From Bacillus subtilis subsp. subtilis str. 168 (GTDB taxonomy: Bacteria > Bacillota > Bacilli > Bacillales > Bacillaceae), in contig NC_000964.3 of assembly GCF_000009045.1 (NCBI RefSeq), forward strand, positions 186,001 through 250,000: a stretch of DNA of 64,000 nt, read 5' to 3'. Shown piece by piece: positions 38,075-49,964 of the stretch. A model generated the notes under the pieces. That model made no database searches, was not told where the DNA came from, and saw only the letters and a program-made list of their open reading frames with translations. The position numbers and the translations under genes are program-made. Positions within the stretch are counted from its first letter, which is position 1. Every line of letters starts with the position of its first letter.

Positions 38075-38932
38075 TTAAAACTGCTTTGTCACGTCGTATT
38101 CATAATCTATTTTTGCTTTTACGTTGCTCATCGTCGATCTGGCTGTCGCTAATGTATTATATTTAAAACTCCATACCTTTGCCACACTGAGTTGATCCGA
38201 CAAAGAGATATCATAAGACCCTGAAGTCGAGCTGTTTACAAGGGCACGGCTCCATTCGTTATTTTCGCTTGTCATGATCAGATGGCGTGTATTTCCCTGG
38301 CTTGGTGTTTGAGTGGCGGTTGTTTGAACTCTGGTTACAATGGCATCACGCGGTATCCCAGATTGGTTTGTTAAATCAACCTTGATCACGCTGGAGTCAG
38401 AACCTGAGGGGCTAAGGCTTGTATTTCCTTTATTTTCAGCAACGCCGCTGAATTGGAACGTTCCGCTGCCTGATTTGATTCGGTCTTCAATTGAAAGCGT
38501 AAAGTACATGTTTCCAGTATAGGTGCCTCGTGACACTTTCACATAGAAGGTATCCGTCGTGTTTTGGGCGTCTGCATTTGCATAAATAAAAGAAGAAAAC
38601 GTATTAGGGTTAATAACTTCTGTCCCTTGAGAAACAGGTATTCTGTTCTTGTCATAAATTTCAATTTTCATCCCTGTATACGCGCTCTGGTATGTACTCC
38701 TCATGTATACTTTTTCTCCCTTATTAGCCGTAAAAGTGAAATAGGCTTCATCTTGACCAGCTTCCAGTATTGTTGTATCGATATTTTTATATTTCCAATA
38801 ACCGATCGGCATTGCGGTATCAAATGAATTGTTTCCTGTGATAGCAGTGACTCCGACAGCTGATGCCGAATACGTAAAGGTAGATAAGACAGAAAGCATA
38901 ACAGCGAATTGAATAAGCCATTTTTTCACCAT
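38075..38932 (-). CDS. ybdN: Exported hypothetical protein
   Basis: Signal peptide ending ASA; SD AAGGAGG. Confidence 0.85.
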   Translation of the reverse strand: MVKKWLIQFAVMLSVLSTFTYSASAVGVTAITGNNSFDTAMPIGYWKYKNIDTTILEAGQDEAYFTFTANKGEKVYMRSTYQSAYTGMKIEIYDKNRIPVSQGTEVINPNTFSSFIYANADAQNTTDTFYVKVSRGTYTGNMYFTLSIEDRIKSGSGTFQFSGVAENKGNTSLSPSGSDSSVIKVDLTNQSGIPRDAIVTRVQTTATQTPSQGNTRHLIMTSENNEWSRALVNSSTSGSYDISLSDQLSVAKVWSFKYNTLATARSTMSNVKAKIDYEYDVTKQF

Positions 38933-39000
38933 GCAAACAACCTCCTTTTATTTCCATCATACATAATAACGATTTAGGTGTAAATAAATGTTTTTTGAGG

Positions 39001-39028
39001 TTAATATATACATTATATTCGCCGATAA
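39001..39028 (+). promoter_or_regulatory. sigmaD-type promoter of ybdO
   Basis: TAAT-N15-GCCGATAA versus consensus TAAA-N15-GCCGATAT. Confidence 0.75.
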
Positions 39029-39063
39029 AAAAGAATAAGAGAGAATACTCGGGAGGGAATTCA

Positions 39064-40248
39064 ATGCGTCTGAATCGGCAATTTATCCGCACTCAGCTGA
39101 TTGCACAGAACATATTGAGCAAGAATGCGCCTGCCAAACGGGAGAATGCGACTGAAAATCCAGCGGCAGTTCTGGAAAAGGCATATAGCAGGCTTAAGTC
39201 ACAATCTTCAACTGGGGGAATCAATCAGTTCAATTATTCTAAAACCAGCGTGTCGGGAAACAGCGGGACGTTCAGCAAAGTGTATCAATCAGCGAATGAT
39301 CGAACAGTGACAGACACAGGGGAAGAAACAGTGATTCAATCCCAAAACCCCTATGAATCTGAGAGTGATATCAGAATCAAAATACTAGATGAAAAATACA
39401 GCAGGATGAATGCGATTAATAAAACAAAGTCTGATCCATTAGGCTATATTAAGGATAAGTACCAAAATTCAAAGTCTCCTTATTTCAGAAGTGATCTGTC
39501 AGCTGCAGAAAGACAGGCCGCTTACGATAATGAAACAGAATGGTTATTCAAAGGGAAGGCGCAAAACTATAACCTTCAGGATGCTGTGTTTCGGAATGTC
39601 ACATTTCATGGGGAAGTGGAAGCTGAGAATGAAAAGGTGTATCAGCGGGGACAGGTTAACCAGCAGCTGCAAGTACTGTTGAATCGAAACCATATTCATA
39701 TTCCAGAGGGGACAGAGCTGACGTTTACAATCACACCGATTGACTATCAGGTGCGGGTAAGCGGGACAGACGATCAGGATCTGATCAAGCAAATTGAGCA
39801 AGTGCTGCAATCTGGAGACAACAGCAAAGAACTATTTTTACACATCATGAAAAGTCAAAGCAGTGATTCAGCACAATTTTCCGAAGAGGCCTATAAAAAG
39901 TATCAGGCAGCTCGTGAGATGTATGAAGTTACAGGCTACCATTTGAAGGATTTAGAAGTGATTGATGGGCGGTACGTCACGCCTGAGGGACGTGACTTAA
40001 TGGATGTATATAAGGAAGAGCTTGAAAAAGATCCAGTGCAGAAACAAACGGCTTCTTATGCTATATCTTACTATCGTTCAGAGCTCAGTAAAATCGCGGA
40101 AGCCGGGTATAATGCCATTCCGGATTTCATCCTATCAATTGATTACAGCAATGGATCTCTGAGAGATGTGGGACAAAGCAAGAGCTATGGGACCGGAGAT
40201 ACCGGGTGGCTTGAAGCATTAAAGCGTCAAACGGGTGTGAATTATTAG
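39064..40248 (+). CDS. ybdO: Hypothetical protein
   Basis: Start MRLNRQ behind GGGAGGG; terminator at 40250-40280. Confidence 0.85.
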   Translation: MRLNRQFIRTQLIAQNILSKNAPAKRENATENPAAVLEKAYSRLKSQSSTGGINQFNYSKTSVSGNSGTFSKVYQSANDRTVTDTGEETVIQSQNPYESESDIRIKILDEKYSRMNAINKTKSDPLGYIKDKYQNSKSPYFRSDLSAAERQAAYDNETEWLFKGKAQNYNLQDAVFRNVTFHGEVEAENEKVYQRGQVNQQLQVLLNRNHIHIPEGTELTFTITPIDYQVRVSGTDDQDLIKQIEQVLQSGDNSKELFLHIMKSQSSDSAQFSEEAYKKYQAAREMYEVTGYHLKDLEVIDGRYVTPEGRDLMDVYKEELEKDPVQKQTASYAISYYRSELSKIAEAGYNAIPDFILSIDYSNGSLRDVGQSKSYGTGDTGWLEALKRQTGVNY

Positions 40249-40565
40249 GTAAGCTGTTCATGTAGGACAGCTTATTTTTTATGAGAATCTAAGGGGTGAA
40301 TTAATCCCAATATTCAAATAATTTTATTATTTTTATATAAAAGATTTTAAAAGAAGTGAACGATTCAAAACTCTGAACAAAGGTGTTTACCTGAAAAAAA
40401 CAATTGTATTTTCCAGAGAAATTTATTATGATGAAATAAGTAATTTAGGAGATTATATAACAATTTTAAGTTTGAATTTTCTGATTGTTATCACTGATTC
40501 ATGTGAAGGCAAGCAGGTCTGCTGTTTTCTCATTTATGAGTATTTTGTTAGGAGGAGGAAGAGGA

Positions 40566-41954
40566 GTGGCAAATAAAGAATTAAAGAGGGGCCTGGGCGC
40601 GCGCCATATTCAGATGATCGCCTTGGGCGGTACAATCGGTGTTGGCTTGTTTATGGGTTCTGCCAGCACGATTTCATGGACTGGCCCATCTGTCCTTCTG
40701 GCTTATGCAATATGCGGAATTTTTATCTTTTTTATTATGCGTGCGATGGGTGAAATGCTGTATGTCGAGCCGAGCACAGGTTCTTTTGCGACGTTCGGCC
40801 ATCAATATATTCATCCGATGGCAGGTTATATAACAGCATGGAGCAACTGGTTCCAGTGGATTATCGTCGGCATGTCAGAAATTATCGCTGTCGGTTCTTA
40901 TACGAAGTATTGGTTCCCGGATTTGCCTGCTTGGATACCTGGTATCGTGGCAATGGTGATTCTTGGTGCGGCGAATTTAATTTCTGTTAAGTCGTTTGGG
41001 GAATTTGAGTTTTGGTTTGCGATGATTAAAATCGTGACGATTATCTTGATGATTATTGCGGGAATCGGAATTATTTTCTTCGGTTTTGGCAATGGCGGAG
41101 ATGCGATCGGTTTGTCGAACCTGTGGTCTCACGGGGGCTTCTTTGCAGGAGGTTTCTCAGGTTTCTTCTTTGCACTGTCTCTTGTCATTGCAGCCTATCA
41201 AGGAGTTGAGCTGATCGGGATTACAGCGGGTGAAGCGAAGGACCCGCAAAACACGCTAAGAAATGCGATTCAAAGTATTATCTGGCGTATTTTGATTTTC
41301 TACATTGGCGCTATTTTTGTGATCGTGACGGTGTATCCTTGGGATGAGCTCAACTCACTCGGAAGTCCGTTTGTGTCTACGTTCTCGAAAATTGGAATTA
41401 CGGCAGCGGCCGGCATTATTAACTTTGTCGTGATTACTGCGGCAATGTCCGGCTGTAACAGCGGTATTTTCAGCGCGGGCCGCATGCTGTATACACTGGG
41501 TGTCAATGGACAAGCACCGAAATTCTTTAAGAAGATTTCACGCAATGGTGTGCCGCTGTATGGCACAATTGCGGTGCTGATCGGTTTGGCTGTCGGCGTT
41601 GTACTGAACTATATCGCGCCGCCGAAGATCTTTGTCTATGTATACAGCGCAAGCGTGCTCCCAGGGATGATTCCTTGGTTTATCATTTTGATCAGCCATA
41701 TCGGATTCAGAAAAGCGAAGGGTGCTGCATTAGATAAACATCCATTCAAAATGCCGTTTGCTCCTTTTACAAACTATTTGACGATTGCTTTCTTGCTGAT
41801 GGTTCTGGTTGGCATGTGGTTTAACGATGATACTCGTATCTCCCTGATTGTAGGCGTGATTTTCTTAGCGCTTGTGGTCATTAGTTATTATGTGTTTGGG
41901 ATTGGCAAACGCACGCAGGCCAATTTGACAAAAAGCGAACAAGCAGCTGAATAA
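40566..41954 (+). CDS. ybxG: APC-family amino acid permease
   Basis: GTG start behind GAGGA; [12 protein letters not shown] motif; 12 TM. Confidence 0.93.
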   Translation: MANKELKRGLGARHIQMIALGGTIGVGLFMGSASTISWTGPSVLLAYAICGIFIFFIMRAMGEMLYVEPSTGSFATFGHQYIHPMAGYITAWSNWFQWIIVGMSEIIAVGSYTKYWFPDLPAWIPGIVAMVILGAANLISVKSFGEFEFWFAMIKIVTIILMIIAGIGIIFFGFGNGGDAIGLSNLWSHGGFFAGGFSGFFFALSLVIAAYQGVELIGITAGEAKDPQNTLRNAIQSIIWRILIFYIGAIFVIVTVYPWDELNSLGSPFVSTFSKIGITAAAGIINFVVITAAMSGCNSGIFSAGRMLYTLGVNGQAPKFFKKISRNGVPLYGTIAVLIGLAVGVVLNYIAPPKIFVYVYSASVLPGMIPWFIILISHIGFRKAKGAALDKHPFKMPFAPFTNYLTIAFLLMVLVGMWFNDDTRISLIVGVIFLALVVISYYVFGIGKRTQANLTKSEQAAE

Positions 41955-42000
41955 CGATAAAAAAGAGACATTCACGGATGTCTCTTTTTTTATTTTTCGC

Positions 42001-42029
42001 GTATGGATTTTCCCTATTTTAGCAAGCTA
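42001..42029 (+). promoter_or_regulatory. sigmaG/F-type promoter of csgA
   Basis: GTATG-17-CAAGCTA. Confidence 0.55.
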
Positions 42030-42065
42030 TAGGGTAAAGATAGCAGAAGGAAAGGTGTTCATAAA

Positions 42066-42314
42066 ATGGATGTTACACTCGGTTATTTGCGCGAATCACT
42101 TTCGAATCATCTAGAAAATGAAGTCTGCCAGCGTATTTGCAAGAAGATGCTGGCGAAGCGTTATGCAAATGAAGAGGAATTTGTAAAAGACTTAGATGAT
42201 AATGAAATGTCTTTTTTGAACCATGTATTAGAAAAAGAAATTAAGTATGCCCAGAATGAACAGGATCAAAAACGGGCCAAGGAATTAAACGAGGTGTATG
42301 AATTACTGCTTTGA
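42066..42314 (+). CDS. csgA: Small sporulation protein CsgA
   Basis: 82 aa recognised sequence; SD GAAAGGTG. Confidence 0.9.
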   Translation: MDVTLGYLRESLSNHLENEVCQRICKKMLAKRYANEEEFVKDLDDNEMSFLNHVLEKEIKYAQNEQDQKRAKELNEVYELLL

Positions 42315-42330
42315 GAAAGGCGGGTAAGAA

Positions 42331-42522
42331 ATGGGAGCAATTGAACGAAGCGGATATACATTTCAGCCGGAGTTTAGCGTTGTCCGTCAAAACGGAGCCA
42401 TCCATGTGTACCATCAAGGAGAATTTGTGGAAGAAATCGAATTTGAATTTAACGGGGAATATCCCGATCATGATTTGATTGAAGAGCTTGTGAATCATTA
42501 TTGTTTTGAGCATGAGATTTAG
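42331..42522 (+). CDS. ybxH: Small hypothetical protein
   Basis: 63 aa, follows csgA, followed by a terminator hairpin. Confidence 0.85.
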   Translation: MGAIERSGYTFQPEFSVVRQNGAIHVYHQGEFVEEIEFEFNGEYPDHDLIEELVNHYCFEHEI

Positions 42523-42548
42523 AGCCCTGCCGTGCAGGGCTCTTTTAT

Positions 42549-43352
42549 TTAGGATGTAATCAGGCCATACTTTTTCAGGATATCCACGGTGATGTTTTTG
42601 GCTTTTGTGCCGGAATCATCGACATTGGTGACAAAGACATAAGAGCCATGCTCTGTTTTGATGAATCCGACAAACCATCCTAATCCCATATCAGTCAGGC
42701 GGGTTCCGGTTTTCCCGTAGAGCGTGTAATGATCGCCTTCCTCTTGAATCATCATGCGCTTGACGATTTTCATCACCGGCTTGTCAAATGGAAGCTCCTC
42801 TTTAGCCAGTTTCTCCAAAAAAGTTTCTTGTTCCAGCGGAGATATTGTGAGCGAGCTTTGCAGCCAAAACTGGTCGATTCCCCCGCTGATATCCTCGTTG
42901 CCGTAAGATAGAGTATGAAGCCATGTTTTCATTCTTTCCTCGCCGATATCTCTCGCTAATGCCTGATAATACCAGATTGCGGATTCGCGCATGGCCGAGC
43001 CAAGCGTATGGTCGCGGTTCCATGATTCGAATTCACGCTTGACCCCGTCCCATCGTTTAACATCGTATTCATCTCTTACAGCTTTGACCTGCAAACCGAT
43101 TAAAGCGTTCACGACTTTAAAGGTGGATTGCGGAGTTTGTCTTTGATTTGCCCGTTTTCTGTTATAGACAAATGTCTGATCCTTTTGTAAATCGTGAAGA
43201 ATGAAGGTTCCATCCGTATCCTTGAATTCATCATCGACATTCATTTTGCTGACATTCAAGTGTTTTTCATGAGCAGATGATGCTGCGTGGACGGAGAAGC
43301 CGCCGATCCCTGCAATACTCAGCACAAGCACAACATATATCCATTTTTTCAT
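42549..43352 (-). CDS. ybxI: Class D (OXA-like) beta-lactamase
   Basis: STFK, SAIWYY and KTG motifs; signal peptide. Confidence 0.94.
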   Translation of the reverse strand: MKKWIYVVLVLSIAGIGGFSVHAASSAHEKHLNVSKMNVDDEFKDTDGTFILHDLQKDQTFVYNRKRANQRQTPQSTFKVVNALIGLQVKAVRDEYDVKRWDGVKREFESWNRDHTLGSAMRESAIWYYQALARDIGEERMKTWLHTLSYGNEDISGGIDQFWLQSSLTISPLEQETFLEKLAKEELPFDKPVMKIVKRMMIQEEGDHYTLYGKTGTRLTDMGLGWFVGFIKTEHGSYVFVTNVDDSGTKAKNITVDILKKYGLITS

Positions 43353-43503
43353 TTTGTTCTCCCCTTCGTTTTGATTAACTACCTTTTCTCTCTTTCGTTT
43401 GTTCTTCCTTTAAAAAATAATCAAAAAGCGCTTAAATTTGGTTTTGCAAACAAATACTGTTACTGGGTTTATAGTCGGAAGATAACGTGAAAATAGAGGG
43501 TAA

Positions 43504-44778
<1,275 letters not shown>

Positions 44779-44818
44779 ATTAAAAAGCTCTCTTCCTTTA
44801 TCGAAGAGAGCTTTTTGA

Positions 44819-45079
44819 TTACTTCTTTTTTTCATCGTAGTATTGGACGGGATACATGGAGCCTTCTGATACCATTTTGTTGTCCTCGATATCTTGCGGG
44901 TCCGGGTGGCCGGCTTTATCAACTGGGAACGTTTCCATGTCTGGCTGTTTTGTTATTTTCATCTTCATGCTGTGAATGAATTCTCTTGCCTTTTGGCGAT
45001 TTGACGGGTCTTTTAATAGATAAGAAGTGATGCCGACAGTTGAAACAGCGAGACCTGAAAGTAACAGCTTTTGTTTCAT
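44819..45079 (-). CDS. ybyB: General stress protein
   Basis: 86 aa; SD AAAGGAG; sigmaB promoter upstream. Confidence 0.88.
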   Translation of the reverse strand: MKQKLLLSGLAVSTVGITSYLLKDPSNRQKAREFIHSMKMKITKQPDMETFPVDKAGHPDPQDIEDNKMVSEGSMYPVQYYDEKKK

Positions 45080-45121
45080 GGTGATACTCCTTTCTATTTT
45101 AAGAATAGTGTTTCCTGTATC

Positions 45122-45146
45122 ATTCCCGTTTTGGAAATTGCTAAAC
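45122..45146 (-). promoter_or_regulatory. sigmaB promoter of ybyB
   Basis: GTTTAG-N13-GGGAAT. Confidence 0.85.
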
Positions 45147-45347
45147 CTGTTGTGTTTTTATCATTGGAATTAACAGTAAATTCCATTTAAGAAGAAACTA
45201 GTGACTTCATTCCTGTATTGGAAGGTAATATACATTGACTTATTATAGATTTCAGTCAAAATTCGATAAATATTGACAAAGTAAAGTAATCAGAATAATA
45301 ATATAATTAGCAAGAGAATGTCATCATACATGAAAGGTGTTTACGAT

Positions 45348-46967
45348 ATGAATCAATTGCATCGAAGAATGGGAACGTTTTCCCTCATGATGGTCGGGCT
45401 CGGGTCGATGATCGGTTCAGGCTGGCTGTTCGGGGCTTGGCGTGCGGCTCAAATAGCAGGACCAGCTGCTATTATTTCATGGGTTATTGGAATGGTCGTC
45501 ATTTTATTTATTGCTCTTTCTTATAGTGAACTAGGTTCTATGTTCCCTGAAGCGGGGGGAATGGTCAAATACACGCAATATTCACACGGTTCGTTTATCG
45601 GTTTTATTGCGGGCTGGGCCAACTGGATTGCGATTGTGTCCGTCATTCCGGTTGAAGCGGTGGCCTCCGTTCAATATATGAGTTCTTGGCCTTGGGAATG
45701 GGCGAAATGGACAAGCGGTTTGGTGAAGAATGGAACGCTGACTGGGGAAGGACTAGCGTTTGCCTCTGTATTGCTTCTCATTTATTTTCTGCTGAACTAC
45801 TGGACAGTCAATCTATTTTCGAAAGCGAATTCATTAATTACGATTTTTAAAATTATTATTCCGGGTCTTACGATTGGAGCTTTGCTGTTTGTCGGATTCC
45901 ACGGAGAAAACTTTACTGGCGGTCAAAGCATTGCGCCGAATGGCTGGGCAAGTGTGCTGACGGCGGTTGCCACTTCCGGTATCGTTTTTGCGTTTAATGG
46001 TTTCCAAAGCCCGATTAATATGGCGGGTGAAGCAAAAAATCCGGGGAAATCAATCCCGATTGCGGTTGTTGGCTCTCTTTTTGTTGCGACAGTGATTTAT
46101 GTCCTGCTGCAGATCGCCTTCATTGGAGCTGTGAATCCTTCTGATATTGCTCACGGCTGGAGCCATCTGAATTTTAATTCTCCTTTTGCTGATCTGGCGA
46201 TTGCGCTGAATATTAACTGGCTTGTTATTGTGTTATATGCAGATGCATTTGTATCACCGTCTGGAACGGGGATTACGTATACGGCGACAACGTCCCGAAT
46301 GATTTACGGAATGGAAAAAAACAAATACATGCCGAGTATATTCGGGAAGCTTCATCCGATTTACGGCGTTCCGCGACAAGCAATGTTCTTTAACTTGATT
46401 GTTTCGTTCATCTTTTTGTTCCTGTTCAGAGGATGGGGCGTATTAGCGGAAATTATTTCTGTTGCTACGTTAATTTCTTATATCACCGGCCCGATCACAG
46501 TGATGACATTGAGACGGACGGGGAAAGACCTGTACAGGCCTCTTCGTTTAAAAGGCTTAAATGTGATTGCTCCGCTTGGATTTATCTTTGCGTCACTGGT
46601 GCTGTATTGGGCGCGCTGGCCGTTAACAGGACAGGTTCTGTTTATTATCCTGATCGGTCTTCCGATTTATTTCTATTATCAGGCGAAGGCGAAATGGAAA
46701 GGGTTTGGCCGGAACTTTAAAGCCGGCGTCTGGATGGTGTTTTATCTGCTGGCCATGATGGTTATTTCTTATTTGGGCAGTGATAAATTCGGCGGCCTGA
46801 ATGTCATTCATTATGGCTGGGATATGGTTCTGATTGCGATGGTATCCCTTGTATTCTATGTGTGGGCGCTGAAGAGCGGCTACCAGACAGAATACTTAAA
46901 GGATGCGAAAGAGATAAATTCTCAGCTGCTTAATGGACAGTCAGAAGCTGCTGCCGGAAAAGAATAA
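45348..46967 (+). CDS. aimA: APC amino acid importer (glutamate/serine), ybeC
   Basis: Start MNQLH behind AAAGGTG; GSMIGSGWLF motif; 14 TM. Confidence 0.9.
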   Translation: MNQLHRRMGTFSLMMVGLGSMIGSGWLFGAWRAAQIAGPAAIISWVIGMVVILFIALSYSELGSMFPEAGGMVKYTQYSHGSFIGFIAGWANWIAIVSVIPVEAVASVQYMSSWPWEWAKWTSGLVKNGTLTGEGLAFASVLLLIYFLLNYWTVNLFSKANSLITIFKIIIPGLTIGALLFVGFHGENFTGGQSIAPNGWASVLTAVATSGIVFAFNGFQSPINMAGEAKNPGKSIPIAVVGSLFVATVIYVLLQIAFIGAVNPSDIAHGWSHLNFNSPFADLAIALNINWLVIVLYADAFVSPSGTGITYTATTSRMIYGMEKNKYMPSIFGKLHPIYGVPRQAMFFNLIVSFIFLFLFRGWGVLAEIISVATLISYITGPITVMTLRRTGKDLYRPLRLKGLNVIAPLGFIFASLVLYWARWPLTGQVLFIILIGLPIYFYYQAKAKWKGFGRNFKAGVWMVFYLLAMMVISYLGSDKFGGLNVIHYGWDMVLIAMVSLVFYVWALKSGYQTEYLKDAKEINSQLLNGQSEAAAGKE

Positions 46968-47013
46968 AATATAGAAGAAAACCTTGCGATAGTTGTCGCA
47001 AGGTTTTTTGCTT

Positions 47014-47895
47014 TTAATAACCCTTTTTTACTTTGTGGAAAAGATCAGGATAGTTGGTGAACACTCCTGTTACGCCCCAATCAAGCAGGCGATGCATATC
47101 AGCTTCATTATTGACTGTGTAAGGATGAAGCAGGAGGCCGTGGCTGCGGATCATACGGACGTTTTCTTGATTTAAAGCTTTATAATCCGGGCCCGCACCG
47201 ACAGCGTATGTTTTGATTTCTTCCAGGGCAGCATCTGTCATTGACGCCATTTGTTTGGCTTCCAGCAATTGAACGGTCGGCAGGTTTGGCTGTAATTGAT
47301 GGACTTTTACCAGGCTTTCTTTGCTGAACGATTGAATGATCACCTGGCCTGGCTTAGAATGCTTTCCCAGTAATTTATGTTTCTGCAAAGAAGCGATCAG
47401 TTTTTCTTCCATACCTGGGTAGGTGTCAGGCGATTTTGTTTCAATGTAGTAGTTCGCGTGCTTTCCGAAACGGTCTAATACCTCTTCTAATGTAGGAACT
47501 TTAAGGCCGACGTACTGCGGCTTTGCTTTTTCCGGATAGGCTTCATTAAACCAAGAACCGGCGTCAAGCTTCTTAATGTCTGCGAGCGTATGGTCTTTCA
47601 CCCAACCCATTCCGTTTGTGGTGCGGTCCAGTTTTTCGTCATGCATGACAATCAATTTTCCGTCTTTTGTCATTTGCAGATCCAATTCAATAAAATCAGC
47701 TTTCATTTTCTGAGCGGTTTCGTAAGACAGAATCGTGTGCTCAGGCACATATCCAGAAGCCCCTCTGTGCGCGACGGTCAGGATACGGTCAGGTGACAGC
47801 AGGTTTCCTTTTGACGCTGCCGACACTGGCGTTACCATAAATGAGAGTAAGCCCAGCGACAGAACAAACAAGGCCAGTATTCTATTTTTTCTCAT
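47014..47895 (-). CDS. glpQ: Glycerophosphodiester phosphodiesterase
   Basis: VAHRGAS, ELD and HD motifs; signal peptide. Confidence 0.97.
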   Translation of the reverse strand: MRKNRILALFVLSLGLLSFMVTPVSAASKGNLLSPDRILTVAHRGASGYVPEHTILSYETAQKMKADFIELDLQMTKDGKLIVMHDEKLDRTTNGMGWVKDHTLADIKKLDAGSWFNEAYPEKAKPQYVGLKVPTLEEVLDRFGKHANYYIETKSPDTYPGMEEKLIASLQKHKLLGKHSKPGQVIIQSFSKESLVKVHQLQPNLPTVQLLEAKQMASMTDAALEEIKTYAVGAGPDYKALNQENVRMIRSHGLLLHPYTVNNEADMHRLLDWGVTGVFTNYPDLFHKVKKGY

Positions 47896-47993
47896 GATTT
47901 CTCCTCCTTATAGATAAGCACTACCTGTCTTTCATAATAAAAAACGGATGTAAACGGCGTGTTGGAAAACTATTAATCTTTTATGTGTCTTTC

Positions 47994-49328
47994 TTAAACA
48001 TGCTCTGCCCGTTTTCCTGTATTCCACGTCAAAGCCAAGAAGACGATGGCAAGAATGCAGGATGAGATCAGCATGATAAAGCCGCCGTTCCAGTTAAAAC
48101 GGTCCACGACAAAGCCCATAATGGCGTTTGCGAAGGCGGATCCGCCGATGTATCCGAAAAATCCGGTCAAACCGGCTGCAGTTCCGGCTGCTTTTTTCGG
48201 TGCTAGGTCAATTGCTTGAAGGCCGATCAGCATAACAGGTCCGTAGATTAAGAAGCCAATGCTGATCAGGGCGATATTGTCCACGAGCGGATTGCCGGCC
48301 GGATTCAGCCAGTACACCAATACGGCAATGAAAACACCCGCCATAAACAAAACGCCTGCCGGTGCCCGGCGGCTTTTGAAGAATCGGTCACTGATCCAGC
48401 CGCACAAGATCGTTCCCGGTATGCCTGCGTATTCGTAAAGAAAATACGACCAGCGTGAGTCTTCAGGAGAAAAGCCTTTGGCTTCTGTTAAGTAAGTAGG
48501 CGCCCAGTCAACCACGCCGTATCGCACGAAATAAACAAATACATTGGCAAAAGCGATGTACCAAAGAAATTTGTTGTTCAGCACATATTGAAAAAGAATT
48601 TCTTTTGTTGTTAATTCTTTTTCCTGATTTTTAAAAGCGTGTTTTGGATAGTCATTCCGATACTCTTCAATTGGCGGGAGTCCGCAGGATTGAGGCGTAT
48701 CACGAACCAATAAAACAATTAAAAATGAAATGATAATGGCGATGATGGCAGGGAAGAAAAACACGCTTTTCCAAGTGACGAACATCGCGATCCCAAGAGT
48801 GACAAGCGGAGCAAGAATACCGCCGCCTATGTTATGGGCGACATTCCAGATCGACATTTTTGTGCCGCGTTCACTTATGGAGAACCAATGGGCCATCGTC
48901 CTGCCGCATGGCGGCCAGCCCATTCCTTGAAACCATCCGTTGATAAACATAAAAATAAACATGATGGTGACGCTCGAAGTCACCCAAGGCATTGAAACGA
49001 ATAGAATATTAACGATTGCTGATAAAAATAGGCCTGTCGCCAGAAAATATCTCGGATTACAGCGGTCAGACACCATTCCCATGATGAATTTGCTGAAGCC
49101 GTACGCAATGGACACAGCGGCCAGCACCAAACCCAGTTCTGTTTTCGAAAATCCCTGTTCCTGCAGATAAGGAATGGCAAAGGCAAAGTTTTTCCGCAGC
49201 AGGTAGTAGCCTGCGTAGCCAATGAAAATACCAATGAATACTTGCAGTCTGAGCCGTTTGTATGCCGCATCCATCTTTGAATCATCCAGTCTCTCAATAT
49301 GAGGAGCCGGTTTAAATATATTAAGCAT
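47994..49328 (-). CDS. glpT: Glycerol-3-phosphate permease
   Basis: [20 protein letters not shown] and [12 protein letters not shown]-family motifs. Confidence 0.97.
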   Translation of the reverse strand: MLNIFKPAPHIERLDDSKMDAAYKRLRLQVFIGIFIGYAGYYLLRKNFAFAIPYLQEQGFSKTELGLVLAAVSIAYGFSKFIMGMVSDRCNPRYFLATGLFLSAIVNILFVSMPWVTSSVTIMFIFMFINGWFQGMGWPPCGRTMAHWFSISERGTKMSIWNVAHNIGGGILAPLVTLGIAMFVTWKSVFFFPAIIAIIISFLIVLLVRDTPQSCGLPPIEEYRNDYPKHAFKNQEKELTTKEILFQYVLNNKFLWYIAFANVFVYFVRYGVVDWAPTYLTEAKGFSPEDSRWSYFLYEYAGIPGTILCGWISDRFFKSRRAPAGVLFMAGVFIAVLVYWLNPAGNPLVDNIALISIGFLIYGPVMLIGLQAIDLAPKKAAGTAAGLTGFFGYIGGSAFANAIMGFVVDRFNWNGGFIMLISSCILAIVFLALTWNTGKRAEHV

Positions 49329-49390
49329 TAATAATTATCCCCCTTTGCTGTTTGTGCTGGATGTGTGGCGTGCCTCCTTTCCCGAAAAAC

Positions 49391-49454
49391 AAAAAGAGCC
49401 AGAAAACACCCCTTGTCAAAAGGGGTTGGATTCCTGGCTCTCCTCATCTCCATC
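49391..49454 (-). terminator. GlpP-responsive antiterminator/terminator of the glpTQ leader
   Basis: GATGGAGATGAGGAGAGCC overlapping the GAGCCAG...CTGGCTC hairpin plus U-tract. Confidence 0.85.
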
Positions 49455-49471
49455 CAAGCTATTAACTTATC

Positions 49472-49487
49472 ATGATAGCGCTTTCTT
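49472..49487. promoter_or_regulatory. cre (CcpA) site candidate
   Basis: ATGATAGCGCTTTCTT, near WTGNNARCGNWWWCAW. Confidence 0.6.
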
Positions 49488-49624
49488 AAATTATCATAGT
49501 CCGGAGCGAATGTAAACGGGTAATTTTCAAATTGGGCCTTAGGGAAGTGAATATTATCCTTTTACTAAATGCAATTATATTTTTTTACTAGTAACATAAA
49601 AATCTGGAGGGAGGCTGTTTAAAG

Positions 49625-49873
49625 ATGGATGAATTAGATATCGCATTCTTTATTTTACCGTTAGGAATTATGCTGCTATCGATTGTCGGGACCTGTATTT
49701 GTAAAAACCCGTATCTGATGCCAATGCTTAGTTTGGTGATTTCTCTTGTGCTCACCTTTACCATTTTTAATCAATCATTTTTGGGATGGGCTGTTGTCTA
49801 TAGCTTGGTTTCTCTGGCTTTATCCTATATCACATTGATTGTGGTAAGGAAAAGGAAGGAATCAGGAAATTAA
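49625..49873 (+). CDS. ybeF: Small membrane protein
   Basis: 82 aa, three hydrophobic segments; SD GGAGGGAGG. Confidence 0.85.
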   Translation: MDELDIAFFILPLGIMLLSIVGTCICKNPYLMPMLSLVISLVLTFTIFNQSFLGWAVVYSLVSLALSYITLIVVRKRKESGN

Positions 49874-49881
49874 AAAGACCT

Positions 49882-49955
49882 CACTTTCTAACATATCGTT
49901 GACTAAAGCAACTATATGTGATTATAATTGCTTTAGTCAACGATATTAGAAAGTG
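49882..49955. promoter_or_regulatory. Long palindromic operator over the ybfA promoter
   Basis: Perfect 19-bp arms ATATCGTTGACTAAAGCAA/TTGCTTTAGTCAACGATAT plus 9-bp outer arms; contains TTGACT-18-TATAAT. Confidence 0.8.
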
Positions 49956-49964
49956 GGAATTGAT

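Noticed and set aside
40249-40565. T-box or riboswitch upstream of ybxG
   Set aside because: No T-box consensus or terminator/antiterminator pair seen; only weak CodY-like AT-rich motifs
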